64,000 bases of DNA from a virus. Below, piece by piece: positions 20,102-29,065 of the stretch (the stretch's first letter is position 1; each line of letters begins with the position of its first letter). The stretch lies in IMG/VR virus record IMGVR_UViG_3300001336_000010, positions 1-64,000 of that record. One strand, 5' to 3'. A model generated the notes under the pieces. It saw only the letters and a list, made by a program, of their open reading frames with translations, had not been told where the DNA came from and did no database searches. Made by a program: the position numbers and the translations under genes.

Positions 20102-20344
20102 TCATGAGGAACCCACCAACGAGCTCAGATTGGACGCAACAGCCTTGGCCTTGCGGCCCTCGGCCTTTGCCAGATTGCACCGCTTCTGGCACTGCTCTGC
20201 GGCTTCGGCCTCACGCTTGGCCCGCTCTTCCTCGGCCGCGGCCAGCGTCTCGAGCTGGTCGATGGTCTTCTGGAAGGAACCAACGATCTGTTCCACCGAC
20301 GGCTTCGGGAAAAGGCGGTTCCAGAGATATTGAAACACGTTCAT
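20102..20344 (-). CDS. Hypothetical coiled-coil protein
   Basis: TGATG-coupled to GapR. Confidence 0.6.
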   Translation of the reverse strand: MNVFQYLWNRLFPKPSVEQIVGSFQKTIDQLETLAAAEEERAKREAEAAEQCQKRCNLAKAEGRKAKAVASNLSSLVGSS

Positions 20345-20601
20345 CAGTTCATCCCCAGTGCTTGGCGATACATTTCTTCGACCGCTTCTTCTTCGGCGAT
20401 GTCGTCGGCTTCACGCTTGCGCAGGGCGATGATCTTGCGCATCACCTTGGTGTCGTATCCACGCCCCTTGGCCTCGGCCATGACCTCTTTCTGCTGGTCG
20501 GCGATGTCCTTCTTTTCAGCCTCGAGCCGCTCATAGCGCTCGATGAACTGGCGCAGCTCGTCGGCGGTCACGCGGTAGCTGTTGTAATCGTGATCGGTCA
20601 T
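20344..20601 (-). CDS. gapR: GapR (DUF2312) nucleoid-associated protein
   Basis: ELRQFIERYERLEAEKKDIADQQKEVMAEAKGRGYDTKVMRKIIALRK matches the alphaproteobacterial GapR consensus. Confidence 0.92.
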   Translation of the reverse strand: MTDHDYNSYRVTADELRQFIERYERLEAEKKDIADQQKEVMAEAKGRGYDTKVMRKIIALRKREADDIAEEEAVEEMYRQALGMN

Positions 20602-20817
20602 TTATGTCTCCCCTTGACACTCTTGGCATTCAGAAAAATCGTCGACCTCGTGGGGCTGAACCCACCACCCACAGCTCGAACACTCGATCGCGGCTTCGTC
20701 GAAGCCGCGGAGAAAATCTCCGGTTTCGTCGAAGAAATCATCCGGGAGCATTTCACATGATCCGAGAATCTTCTCACCGACCGCACGTCCCCGTTCAAAA
20801 TCAGCCTGGTCGGTCAT
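20602..20817 (-). CDS. Small zinc-finger protein
   Basis: CSSCGWW...CQEC. Confidence 0.55.
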   Translation of the reverse strand: MTDQADFERGRAVGEKILGSCEMLPDDFFDETGDFLRGFDEAAIECSSCGWWVQPHEVDDFSECQECQGET

Positions 20818-21038
20818 GCCGGCAACTCCTTGGCCAGCTGCTCGGGCCGGGACAGGAAGCGACCGTTCGAGCCGATCTTCTTGGTCGGGGTGCGCCGGCG
20901 GTTTTTCTTCGTCGACAGCTCACGGAACCCACTTGGGTTCATGGCTGCCATCTCGGCCCATAGGGCTATCTTGGTCAGAGCATCTCCCTTCCCATGCAGG
21001 GGGATGTGGACCGGGGCGAACTTACGCCGCTGCAGCAT
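20814..21038 (-). CDS. Hypothetical basic protein
   Basis: ATG at 21038 with RBS GAGGAG; fills the gap in the operon. Confidence 0.5.
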   Translation of the reverse strand: MLQRRKFAPVHIPLHGKGDALTKIALWAEMAAMNPSGFRELSTKKNRRRTPTKKIGSNGRFLSRPEQLAKELPA

Positions 21039-23553
21039 ACTGCTTCTCCTCAAAAAGGTAGTGGATGACCTGCTGGATTTGTTCGTCATCCAGCCTCTGG
21101 TCCTTAGTCTCAGCGGGGAGCCAGCCCTCCAGGGCAGGAGCCTCGTCGAGTTCGATTTGCCCCAGAGGGGCCCGCTCTGGGTGGTAGGGCTCGAAAGTCC
21201 GACCCATAGAGGCGGTTGCGTCAACAGCCAGGTTGCTGATGATTTCGGGATGGTGGCACATGGCCGTCTTGACCAGTTTGATGAACTCGATCGCATCGTC
21301 GCGGTGGACCGAGAAAACCAATTCGTCGTGGATCGGGATCATGAACCGGGCGCGCAGGCCACGGGCCTTGATCTGCTTGTTGATCTCCAGGATCGACCGC
21401 TTGGCCAGTGTGGCGCAGCTGCCTTGGATCATCGAGTTGACGATCTGGTTGCCAGCACGGTTGGTGAGCTTGCGGACGAACAGGTTCCCGAAGTTGGCCA
21501 GACCCTGCTGGTCTGTGGACTCCCACCGGGAGCGCCACATGTGTTGCCATTGGTAGCTGGCTTCAAACTTTTGCCGACGGTGGCCATCTGGCAAGGTCAC
21601 AAAGCCTTTGTCCCGGGCCTCGTTGATCAGATCAACGCGCCACTGCTCGGCTTCAGGGAAGGTCTCGCGGTAGGCTGCGGTCATCTCCCACATCTTTTCG
21701 GAGGACCAGCCCATAGCTTCGCCGGTGGTGTTGAGGGCTCCAGAATACCAGTAGCCGAAGTTGCTCACCTTACCGACCTTGCCGCGAAGATCCTTGGTGA
21801 CCTCAGAGACGAGGATCCCGAACATATCGGCGGCAGCTTTTTTGTGGAGATCCTTGAAAGGGATCTGGCCGTAGGCTTCCTTGAAGCCTTCGTCGCCCGA
21901 GAACTCACCGATCAGAACCAGCTCGATCTGAGACCAGTCTACCGAAACGATCACATGGTCGTCTTCATCCGGGAGATAGAAACCGCGGATGTAGGTGCTT
22001 TCTCCCTTCTTGGCCAGCTGCATCGGGTTGGGGAAAGACGCTGCCATCCGCCGGCTGTTCAACTGCGAACTGACCACGGGGTAGACCCGCTGAGTTTCGG
22101 GGTCGCACAGCTGCAGATAGGGGGTCAGATACAGCTTCATGCGCTGCTCGATCCCCGCCATGTCGTTCAGGATTTTGATCAGAGGAGCGACATACTCGTT
22201 CTTCTTCTCCAACTTCTCCCGAGCATCCTTGTCCGAGGCGACCTTCCCCTTGGAGTAGATCGGTTTGATCCCTGGCAGGTCGTACATCAGGGTCCGCATC
22301 ATCATGTAGTGCGAGAAGTTGGGCCCCTTCGGCTTGGGCAAGCCCCGTTCCCCGGCCCAGGCGTTCGACACCGCGCCAGCCGTGGTCGCGGCGACCTCGA
22401 ACAGATCGTGGCTGTGGGCCGGCAGATCCTTGGTGGCCCAGGCCGTGATCCGGTCACGGTAGGTCTTGCCCCGGCTCTTACCGTACCAGGTCTCGTTCAT
22501 CAGCCACTGGTTCGGTTCCTCTGGGAACGGCAGCATCTCCCGAACCAGGGCCTGGAGCTCAATGACCTTCTCGGCATAGTGGTCGCGTTCAATGGCGCGG
22601 CGCTTGTGAACCTGATCCAGGTTGATCCGCATCCCCTTCTGCCAGATCTCCGAGAACACATAGATCATCGGATTTTCCTGCTCAAAGAAGGTGTTGAGCA
22701 GTTTATCGTTCTGATACATCAGCATCGGCAGCAGGCGGTGGAAGATCTTCACGGCCCAGTAGGCATCGTCAGCGCCGTAGGCAGCGACCTCCTCGCCCGT
22801 CAGCTGGCCCATATGGGCCTTGCCGTTCAACACCTGGTCAAACGTGGTCTGCTCATAGTAGAACAGGCTCTTGACCAGCTTCTTCAGGCCGTAGCCATAG
22901 GCCAGGTCTTTGACCATTGCGTTGTAGCTGAACGAACTGGAGGTCGTCTTGCCGATGATCTTTCCCAGCAAGTCGGCTTGCTTCTCTGTCAGCTCCCCGT
23001 AGGGGTCCATATCCGAGAAAGTGGCGCCGATAGCCGCAAGCATGTTGCGCATGCCTCCGAAGCCCTCTCCGATCATCTTGCCGGGTTCGTACTGATCTTC
23101 GTTGAATGCCGAGACGGCCATTTGGAGGGTGCAGATGACGTTCTCGAGCTCATAACCGAGCGAGGTGTTCATCATCGTGATTTCGAACGGCCCATTGTGG
23201 CAGATCCAGTGAGCCCCCTCAGGCTTGGCGTCTAGGATCTGGCGGGCCTCTTCCCAAGGGATCCGGTTCTCTACGTCTGCATGGGCCAGGTTGAGATAGT
23301 AGGCGGTTTCGCCTTCATCACAGTACCAGGAGAAACCTGTGACGGTGGTACGACGGGTGTCGAAGATCAGTTTCTTTGCCTTCGACTTGTGGCCATCGTC
23401 GTTGACTTTCATAAACTGGTTCAGACCTTCGTGGCGATCGGCGTCCTGGGTCTCGATGTCGAAACCAACCAGGCCAGCGGTAGAAATCTCCTCGAGAAGA
23501 TCCTCCTTGATGTGCTCCCAATTACGGGCATCTACCAGAGTGGATTTGATCAT
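21022..23553 (-). CDS. polA: Family A DNA polymerase with 3'-5' exonuclease
   Basis: FDIET exonuclease motif; DWSQIEL (motif A), KVSNFGYWY (motif B), IHDE (motif C). Confidence 0.93.
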   Translation of the reverse strand: MIKSTLVDARNWEHIKEDLLEEISTAGLVGFDIETQDADRHEGLNQFMKVNDDGHKSKAKKLIFDTRRTTVTGFSWYCDEGETAYYLNLAHADVENRIPWEEARQILDAKPEGAHWICHNGPFEITMMNTSLGYELENVICTLQMAVSAFNEDQYEPGKMIGEGFGGMRNMLAAIGATFSDMDPYGELTEKQADLLGKIIGKTTSSSFSYNAMVKDLAYGYGLKKLVKSLFYYEQTTFDQVLNGKAHMGQLTGEEVAAYGADDAYWAVKIFHRLLPMLMYQNDKLLNTFFEQENPMIYVFSEIWQKGMRINLDQVHKRRAIERDHYAEKVIELQALVREMLPFPEEPNQWLMNETWYGKSRGKTYRDRITAWATKDLPAHSHDLFEVAATTAGAVSNAWAGERGLPKPKGPNFSHYMMMRTLMYDLPGIKPIYSKGKVASDKDAREKLEKKNEYVAPLIKILNDMAGIEQRMKLYLTPYLQLCDPETQRVYPVVSSQLNSRRMAASFPNPMQLAKKGESTYIRGFYLPDEDDHVIVSVDWSQIELVLIGEFSGDEGFKEAYGQIPFKDLHKKAAADMFGILVSEVTKDLRGKVGKVSNFGYWYSGALNTTGEAMGWSSEKMWEMTAAYRETFPEAEQWRVDLINEARDKGFVTLPDGHRRQKFEASYQWQHMWRSRWESTDQQGLANFGNLFVRKLTNRAGNQIVNSMIQGSCATLAKRSILEINKQIKARGLRARFMIPIHDELVFSVHRDDAIEFIKLVKTAMCHHPEIISNLAVDATASMGRTFEPYHPERAPLGQIELDEAPALEGWLPAETKDQRLDDEQIQQVIHYLFEEKQYAAAA

Positions 23554-23644
23554 GACTTATCCTATCAGGCACGAGGCCTGTTGTCTGAAACAGCAGTGTG
23601 AGGAAAGTTGCGCGCCCAACCTGGGGCTGAGCGCGCGGGGTGAA

Positions 23645-24331
23645 TTACTTCACCAGCTCGAAGCTGACAGTGCCCCAGTTGTTGCCGTTGTGTTCGATCT
23701 CCTTGGCGATGACATTCACCTTGATGACCTGGTCAGTCTTGCCCTGGTCGTCCATCGCCTCGTAGAAGTCCGACCAGTCGCTGAAGCGCGACGGGGCCGA
23801 CGTATCATAGCCGATGATCGTGCCGGCCGGGATCGTTTCTTCCTTGAGCTTGATGTCCTTGGTCAGGGTCAGCTTGATCTCGGCTGCGAAATAGGGCTCT
23901 GCGTTGCCGCCGGAAGCCTGCCGTGCCTTCATCAGAGCGTCGTGCCAGGAGCCGCCCTTGTTGCAGGTCACGCCGTCATAGGACGACAGATACTGCGCCG
24001 GGTTGCCGAAGCGGACAGTGTGCTTCAGCTGGAAGCCGCGGCCTTCGTTCATGTCGAGCTCGGCTTCGAAGTCCTGGATCAGATCCTTGTTCTTGCCGAC
24101 CCGGAAACCGTACTCGGTCGGCTTCAGGTAGAGGGTGCTGCGGGGCAGCAGGCCAGTCGCGGCCTGGACGCTTTTCATCGACGGCTTGGCGAAAGTCACG
24201 GCATGGCCGTTGCTGTTCACGTTGCCTTCGATCAGGTCAGTGCCGGGGGTGGCTGCTGCCTGGCTTTCATCGGCGGCCATTTTCTCGGCGGCGGCGGAAG
24301 CTTGGTTGATCGCGTCTTGAATAGATGCCAT
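23645..24331 (-). CDS. Putative single-stranded DNA-binding protein
   Basis: Lies between polymerase and helicase; beta-rich; position-based inference. Confidence 0.5.
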   Translation of the reverse strand: MASIQDAINQASAAAEKMAADESQAAATPGTDLIEGNVNSNGHAVTFAKPSMKSVQAATGLLPRSTLYLKPTEYGFRVGKNKDLIQDFEAELDMNEGRGFQLKHTVRFGNPAQYLSSYDGVTCNKGGSWHDALMKARQASGGNAEPYFAAEIKLTLTKDIKLKEETIPAGTIIGYDTSAPSRFSDWSDFYEAMDDQGKTDQVIKVNVIAKEIEHNGNNWGTVSFELVK

Positions 24332-24500
24332 GTTATTTAGTCCTTAGTCAGGGTTGGTTGCTACGAATGATCTCTTTGGCTGGGAACGTGAGGGGGAAGC
24401 TCCAACTTCCCCCTCACACCATCCGAGGAGCATGCCGACAGTGTATCGACACGGCTACTAATGATTGATTTGAGATCAACAATCAATCACTTTGTCCGAC

Positions 24501-25937
24501 TTAATTTCCGGAAATCAAGTCGGACATTCTCAAGGCTCCACTCTGCTTCGGCTTCGGAAGCGGCTTCGCCTTCTTGCTGGACTGCTTGAGCTTGATCCGC
24601 TCTTTGGTCTCGTCGACCGAGTGCGCGAGGGCCGACTTCTTGTCGACGATCTCGAAGATCTTCTGGTCCATGCTGTTCTCGTATTCCATCACGGTGATCA
24701 GCAGGGGAGTCTCACGCTTGCCGCGGATGGCGCGGCGGTATGCCTGGACGAAGCTGCTGTCCATGTAATCCAGCGAGATGAAGATGATGTGGTCCACATG
24801 AGGCCAGTTGAAGCCCACGCCGGCCGTCGCGGCCGAGGCGATCACGATGTCCAGCTCACCAGCTTGGAACGCCGCGTCGATCTCGGACCGCTTCTTCGAC
24901 GAGACCCGGCCGTCGATCATGCCGACCCGGAACCCCATCTTCTTGCATTGCGCCACGAGGCGGTCGTGCTGCTCAGTCAGCGCCGAGAAGATGACCAGTG
25001 GTTTGCCAGTGCGCTTGTGATCCTCCAAGTGGATCTGCAGGCGTTCTTCCTTGCCAGTGGTCTTGATCTTGTCGAGCGGCGGGCCGAAGGCCTGGGGATG
25101 CTCCATCAACTGGCGACACCGGATCAGGTTCACCCCTGGAAGGGTGCCGTCCAGAAAGCTCTCCTCGAGCTCGAGCAGGGCGGTCTCCTCGAACTCAGTG
25201 TAGAACTCGCGCTGTTTGGGGTCCATCTCGCAGAGCTCGTGGACGATCACCTTGGCCTCGGGGCCGTAGGCTTCCTCGAAGGTGTGCCGGATGGCGAAGT
25301 TCTTGAACAAGGCGCCAACCATCGGGGCCTTCTGCCAGGCCACGACGCGCCCGTAGTCGTCCTCGATCGCGTGGCGCATCTTGAAGTGGAAGTGGTTCTG
25401 GTAGGCCCCCGGCGCACACAGCTGGATCAGCGGAAAGGCTGTGTCCAGGCGACCGTCGATGATGGTGCCTGTCATAGCCACGAGGTAGGTGGTTCGTTCC
25501 ATGAAAGCGTAGAGCGATTGTGTCCGCTGCGACTCGTCGGATTTGAACCCCATGTGCCATTCGTCACCGATCAGACAATCGATGTCAGGATGATACTCAA
25601 CCAGGGTTTGCCAGTTGCGGGCGAAGCAGTCGAAGCCCATCAGGAAGACCTTGGCGTCGGACCGCATCTGCTGGTCACGCTTGGTCGGCGTCCCATCGAC
25701 GATGACCACGTCCTGCTCGTCGAAGTGATCGTTCCACTGCAGGAGCTCGTCCCGGTTTTTCTTCAGCAGAGACTTGGGCATCGTCCAGATGGTTCGGACG
25801 CCTTTCTCTCTGTAGAGCCACCCCATGAAAACGCAGACAGGAGCCGTTTTACCGACTCCGGGGTCACTGAAATTCCCTGTTCTGGGTTTCAGCATCATGA
25901 AGGCTAGGTCTGCGACCTGGTAATCTCGTAGTTCCAT
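24501..25937 (-). CDS. SNF2-type SF2 helicase
   Basis: LRDYQ, DPGVGKT, DEWH, MTGT, AGVGFN, QAYRRAIR. Confidence 0.9.
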   Translation of the reverse strand: MELRDYQVADLAFMMLKPRTGNFSDPGVGKTAPVCVFMGWLYREKGVRTIWTMPKSLLKKNRDELLQWNDHFDEQDVVIVDGTPTKRDQQMRSDAKVFLMGFDCFARNWQTLVEYHPDIDCLIGDEWHMGFKSDESQRTQSLYAFMERTTYLVAMTGTIIDGRLDTAFPLIQLCAPGAYQNHFHFKMRHAIEDDYGRVVAWQKAPMVGALFKNFAIRHTFEEAYGPEAKVIVHELCEMDPKQREFYTEFEETALLELEESFLDGTLPGVNLIRCRQLMEHPQAFGPPLDKIKTTGKEERLQIHLEDHKRTGKPLVIFSALTEQHDRLVAQCKKMGFRVGMIDGRVSSKKRSEIDAAFQAGELDIVIASAATAGVGFNWPHVDHIIFISLDYMDSSFVQAYRRAIRGKRETPLLITVMEYENSMDQKIFEIVDKKSALAHSVDETKERIKLKQSSKKAKPLPKPKQSGALRMSDLISGN

Positions 25938-25964
25938 ATGATCCTCTCGGATGGTTTGTGAATA

Positions 25965-26669
25965 TCAGGAGCGTTCGCGTATCTGTCTCGTGCGGCGATC
26001 CTCTCTGGTTTCCCATGGCGCATCGAGTTCTTCTCGACGAGCGTATCGTCGGATCAGGGTCGCCCCGAGGTTTTCCAAAGGAAGCATCGTCAGATCCGAA
26101 AGGTCGAACTTTCTGATCTGTGTCTGGATCCTTTGAATGGGGGGGCGGGTGATAACCTCCGGTCGACCGACCAGGACTACCGGTCTGGCCACATACATCG
26201 AGAGCTTTCCGATTGTATCGACAAGTGATTGAGCCTTCTGGTCAACCTGGGTCAGAATTAGCGGCTGGATATTGGTGGCATTCAATTCCTTTTCCAACTG
26301 CGTCATTTTCATTAACCAAGCGGGTCTGATTATTTGCTTAATGGGAGAACTCAGACGGGAAAGATTGGTCAGATAATAGGCCAGGGACTCCTCTGGGTCT
26401 TCAACATAGAAGACCCCTTGACCTGCCGGTTTGGGAATGGGCAGCATCGCTTGGACCAGTGGGTCTGGGAAGATCTGCATGAAGGTTTCCCAGTGGATCC
26501 GATCCGGCACCGGCGCCGCGGCGGGCACCAGGTGGTTGCACATCCCTCCTTTGACCTCGAAGGGACAAGTGCCTTTCAAACCAACAAAATTGTTTCCCTT
26601 TCTCCCTTGGACCAGCCAGGCCACGGCGCCATCCCAGTGGATTCCGTAGCTCTCGACGAGCTGGGTCAT
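25965..26669 (-). CDS. Hypothetical protein
   Basis: 234-aa ORF with RBS GAGGAGG. Confidence 0.6.
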   Translation of the reverse strand: MTQLVESYGIHWDGAVAWLVQGRKGNNFVGLKGTCPFEVKGGMCNHLVPAAAPVPDRIHWETFMQIFPDPLVQAMLPIPKPAGQGVFYVEDPEESLAYYLTNLSRLSSPIKQIIRPAWLMKMTQLEKELNATNIQPLILTQVDQKAQSLVDTIGKLSMYVARPVVLVGRPEVITRPPIQRIQTQIRKFDLSDLTMLPLENLGATLIRRYARREELDAPWETREDRRTRQIRERS

Positions 26670-26816
26670 GCTGCCTCCTCTCGAGCTACAAAGGCCGCGG
26701 CGAGTCGCCCAGCCTTTCCCTTGTCATTGAAGGCCATTGATTTCAGAGACACCAGGTAGTGGTGGTGGCCTAGATGGTAGGCCCTGACAAAAGTCCAGTA
26801 TCGTTTCAGTTGCGTG

Positions 26817-27203
26817 TCAACCATCGTTGTCCTCCAGTATATTCCCGATCTTTGTCTGAGTGTATGCGGCAATGTCCAGCAAATCCAGCAACTCGATTTC
26901 AGTTGTGCCTTGTTCGACCTTGCGCAACTTTATTACCGACCAGCCGAGATCGTTTGCAGCGTCGGTCACACCAACATCCATCTTGTGGCGAAAAGTGTAA
27001 AGATGTACTCCGATCCTGGTGTGGGTGCGGCTGAGAGATTTCTTGTTCCGCAGGGTGCGAGGGCGGCGTGGGATGTTGTTTTCCACCAGGATTTGAGAGA
27101 CCCTCTTCTCAGAAAGGCCATAGCACCGGGCCAGTTCGTGAAGCTGCTTTCCATCCTGGTAGTCTTGGCAGATGTAGTTGTCCCGCTCGATGTTGCTCGT
27201 CAT
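26817..27203 (-). CDS. Transcriptional regulator with two HTH motifs (Mor-like + XRE-like)
   Basis: LHELARCYGLSEKRVSQIL and AANDLGWSVIKLRKVEQG. Confidence 0.65.
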   Translation of the reverse strand: MTSNIERDNYICQDYQDGKQLHELARCYGLSEKRVSQILVENNIPRRPRTLRNKKSLSRTHTRIGVHLYTFRHKMDVGVTDAANDLGWSVIKLRKVEQGTTEIELLDLLDIAAYTQTKIGNILEDNDG

Positions 27204-27211
27204 GATCGTCC

Positions 27212-27786
27212 TTATAGAATTCGTTTTACACTTTGTTTTACACTTTTGGATTTTCCCCTTCTTCCTTGGGCTTCCTTCGACATCGATTTTCGATGTGCTT
27301 GGGCCCTATATTTCTGTGCCATTTCGAGCGTCCGGTGACCGGTGACGGCCTGGATCTCAGCGTCCGTTGCCCCGGTCTCGGCCAGCTCCTGGGCCGCGTT
27401 GTAGCGCCATCCGTGGATGACGTATTTCTCGGCCCCGATCCTGGTTCGGATCTCATGGATCCGGGTCTGGACCGCTCGTTTTGAAAGCGACCCACTGGTC
27501 TTTCTTCCTGGAAAGATCGGTCCCTGCTTCTTTCGAAAGGGAGCCAGGTATTCCTGAAGTCGCCGAGGGCAGTATACTTGGACGACCGATAGTAATCGTC
27601 GATCAGATTGTTGAACGTGGTTTTCACGTTCTTGTCACCGGTGCCCAACCGGGCTTTCCAGTAGGCAACAGCAAACTCGGGGGTCTCCGGGTTGTCCGGA
27701 AGGCGGACGCTCTGTTCCCCCCTCCGGAAATAGTAGTAGGTCTTCCCTCTGGATTTGACCGGCTGGATGTATTTCAGCTTCACCAT
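27212..27786 (-). pseudogene. int: Tyrosine integrase with internal deletion and frameshift
   Basis: N-terminal arm domain (GKTYYYFRR...RLPDNPETPEF..AY) joins out of frame at ~27570 to the catalytic C-terminus (YVIHGWRYNAAQELAE...AVTGHRTLEMAQKY). Confidence 0.85.
27223..27246. repeat. 12-bp tandem direct repeat GTTTTACACTTT (possible integrase arm sites)
   Basis: Two adjacent copies at the 3' end of the integrase remnant. Confidence 0.55.
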
Positions 27787-27950
27787 GCAAAGCTTTCTCC
27801 AGACGTGTCACCAGAGAGGCGCTTCTCCATCTCGCTGACGTTCCACCGCGGGTGCTTGCCCCCAATGAAGGTCGGCGGCGGGACCGCTCCCGCGTCCACC
27901 AGATCCTGGAACTCTTTGATTTTCATATCGAGAAGTTGGGCGGTCATCAT
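27780..27950 (-). CDS. xis: Excisionase-like HTH protein
   Basis: Translated by hand: MMTAQLLDMKIKEFQDLVDAGAVPPPTFIGGKHPRWNVSEMEKRL..., overlapping the int start. Confidence 0.7.
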   Translation of the reverse strand: MMTAQLLDMKIKEFQDLVDAGAVPPPTFIGGKHPRWNVSEMEKRLSGDTSGESFAW

Positions 27951-27974
27951 GAGATCCTCTCGGATGAGGTGGGG

Positions 27975-28190
27975 TCAGGCGACCTTTCTGAACGGATAGT
28001 CCTCCGGCCGGGACTTGATCAAGGCGTTGAAGCTGCGACCGACTGACGCAGCCGTGACGATCTCGTCGTGCAGTTCCGGGGGCACGTTGTCGTAGTGGTA
28101 TTCGGCCCCGCTGTTGAAGCGGACGCCCAGGACGTTGCCCTCATGGGCCACAGCGTCGATGTTGCTGCTGTCAACTTTCTGATAGATCAT
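27975..28190 (-). CDS. KTSC domain protein
   Basis: VDSSNIDAVAH...LGVRFNSGAEYHYDNVP...AASVGRSFN. Confidence 0.9.
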   Translation of the reverse strand: MIYQKVDSSNIDAVAHEGNVLGVRFNSGAEYHYDNVPPELHDEIVTAASVGRSFNALIKSRPEDYPFRKVA

Positions 28191-28453
28191 GGTTTTCTCC
28201 AGTATCCAAGACATTCAGGGTGGGTTTTGTGGCCTCCGAAGTAGTACCCCTCGGGGGCCTTCTCATTCAGGCGACGGACCATGTCGAGATACAGGTCTAC
28301 CCCCGCCTGGCTCTCCCACCACGGATCGAACGGCGGAAGGAGAGTTTGCTTGTAGCCGGCCAGGAGCCTGGACAGCTTGTGGACCACTGGTCCAAGATCG
28401 CCTTCAAACTCGGCGATCAGTTCGTCTGTGAAAACTTGGCGGTCATTTGTCAT
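28187..28453 (-). CDS. Hypothetical protein
   Basis: LNEKAPEGYYFG..GYW motif; coupled to the KTSC gene. Confidence 0.6.
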   Translation of the reverse strand: MTNDRQVFTDELIAEFEGDLGPVVHKLSRLLAGYKQTLLPPFDPWWESQAGVDLYLDMVRRLNEKAPEGYYFGGHKTHPECLGYWRKP

Positions 28454-28499
28454 TTCCAGAAATATACCACAGTCTGACTTGCTCACCACACTAATATAC

Positions 28500-28517
28500 T
28501 TGATTTCCGGAAATCAA
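28500..28517. promoter_or_regulatory. Perfect 18-bp palindrome TTGATTTCCGGAAATCAA (operator-like)
   Basis: Between divergent genes; the core recurs at seven other sites. Confidence 0.65.
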
Positions 28518-28556
28518 AACACTACCGTCCCGACACCATCTGAGCAAAGGACTACT

Positions 28557-28931
28557 ATGACCCTCACCTTTCAGAAGAGTATGTCGATGACTGACGAAAA
28601 CCTGACCTTGAAAGCCGCCGATCTTGTGGCTGCTTACGTCTCTCACAACACGATCAGTGCCTCCGAGCTCCCGGATCTACTGAACAAGGTCATCCAGACC
28701 TTGCACCAGAGGGGCGAAGCACAAGGCCCCCAGCCGGCGGTGCCGATCGAGGACTCTGTGCATGACGACTATCTGGTCTGTCTGGAAGACGGAGAGAAGG
28801 TGGTCCTCCTCTCCCGGTATTTGAAGTCACATTTTGAAATGACACCAGAGGACTATCGCACCAAGTGGGGGCTCCCAGAGGATTACCCGTGGATGAACGC
28901 ATTCATTTCCGCGACAGAATTGAATTCATAG
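28557..28931 (+). CDS. mucR: Ros/MucR family regulator, C-terminally truncated
   Basis: AADLVAAYVSHNTI...PAVPIEDSVHDDYLVCLEDG...MTPEDYRTKWGLPEDYP; similarity stops abruptly after YP. Confidence 0.85.
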   Translation: MTLTFQKSMSMTDENLTLKAADLVAAYVSHNTISASELPDLLNKVIQTLHQRGEAQGPQPAVPIEDSVHDDYLVCLEDGEKVVLLSRYLKSHFEMTPEDYRTKWGLPEDYPWMNAFISATELNS

Positions 28932-29065
28932 AGCTTGACCTGGCCGATGCGCGAAAGCGCATCGACCGAGGTTTCCCCGCCGTTGTAGGCGTCGACAGCG
29001 TCGACACCGAACACGACGGCGATTTCAAGCGGCGAATTTTTCCATTTCCAATTTCTTGGTTGCAT
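28883..29065 (-). pseudogene. Truncated hypothetical gene fused tail-to-tail with mucR
   Basis: Ends at MNAFIHG*, overlapping the point where MucR similarity ends. Confidence 0.4.

Noticed and set aside
20830-25907. Very long + strand ORFs (801, 333 and 471 aa)
   Set aside because: Antisense shadows of polA, SSB and helicase caused by GC-rich codon bias; no motifs or RBS
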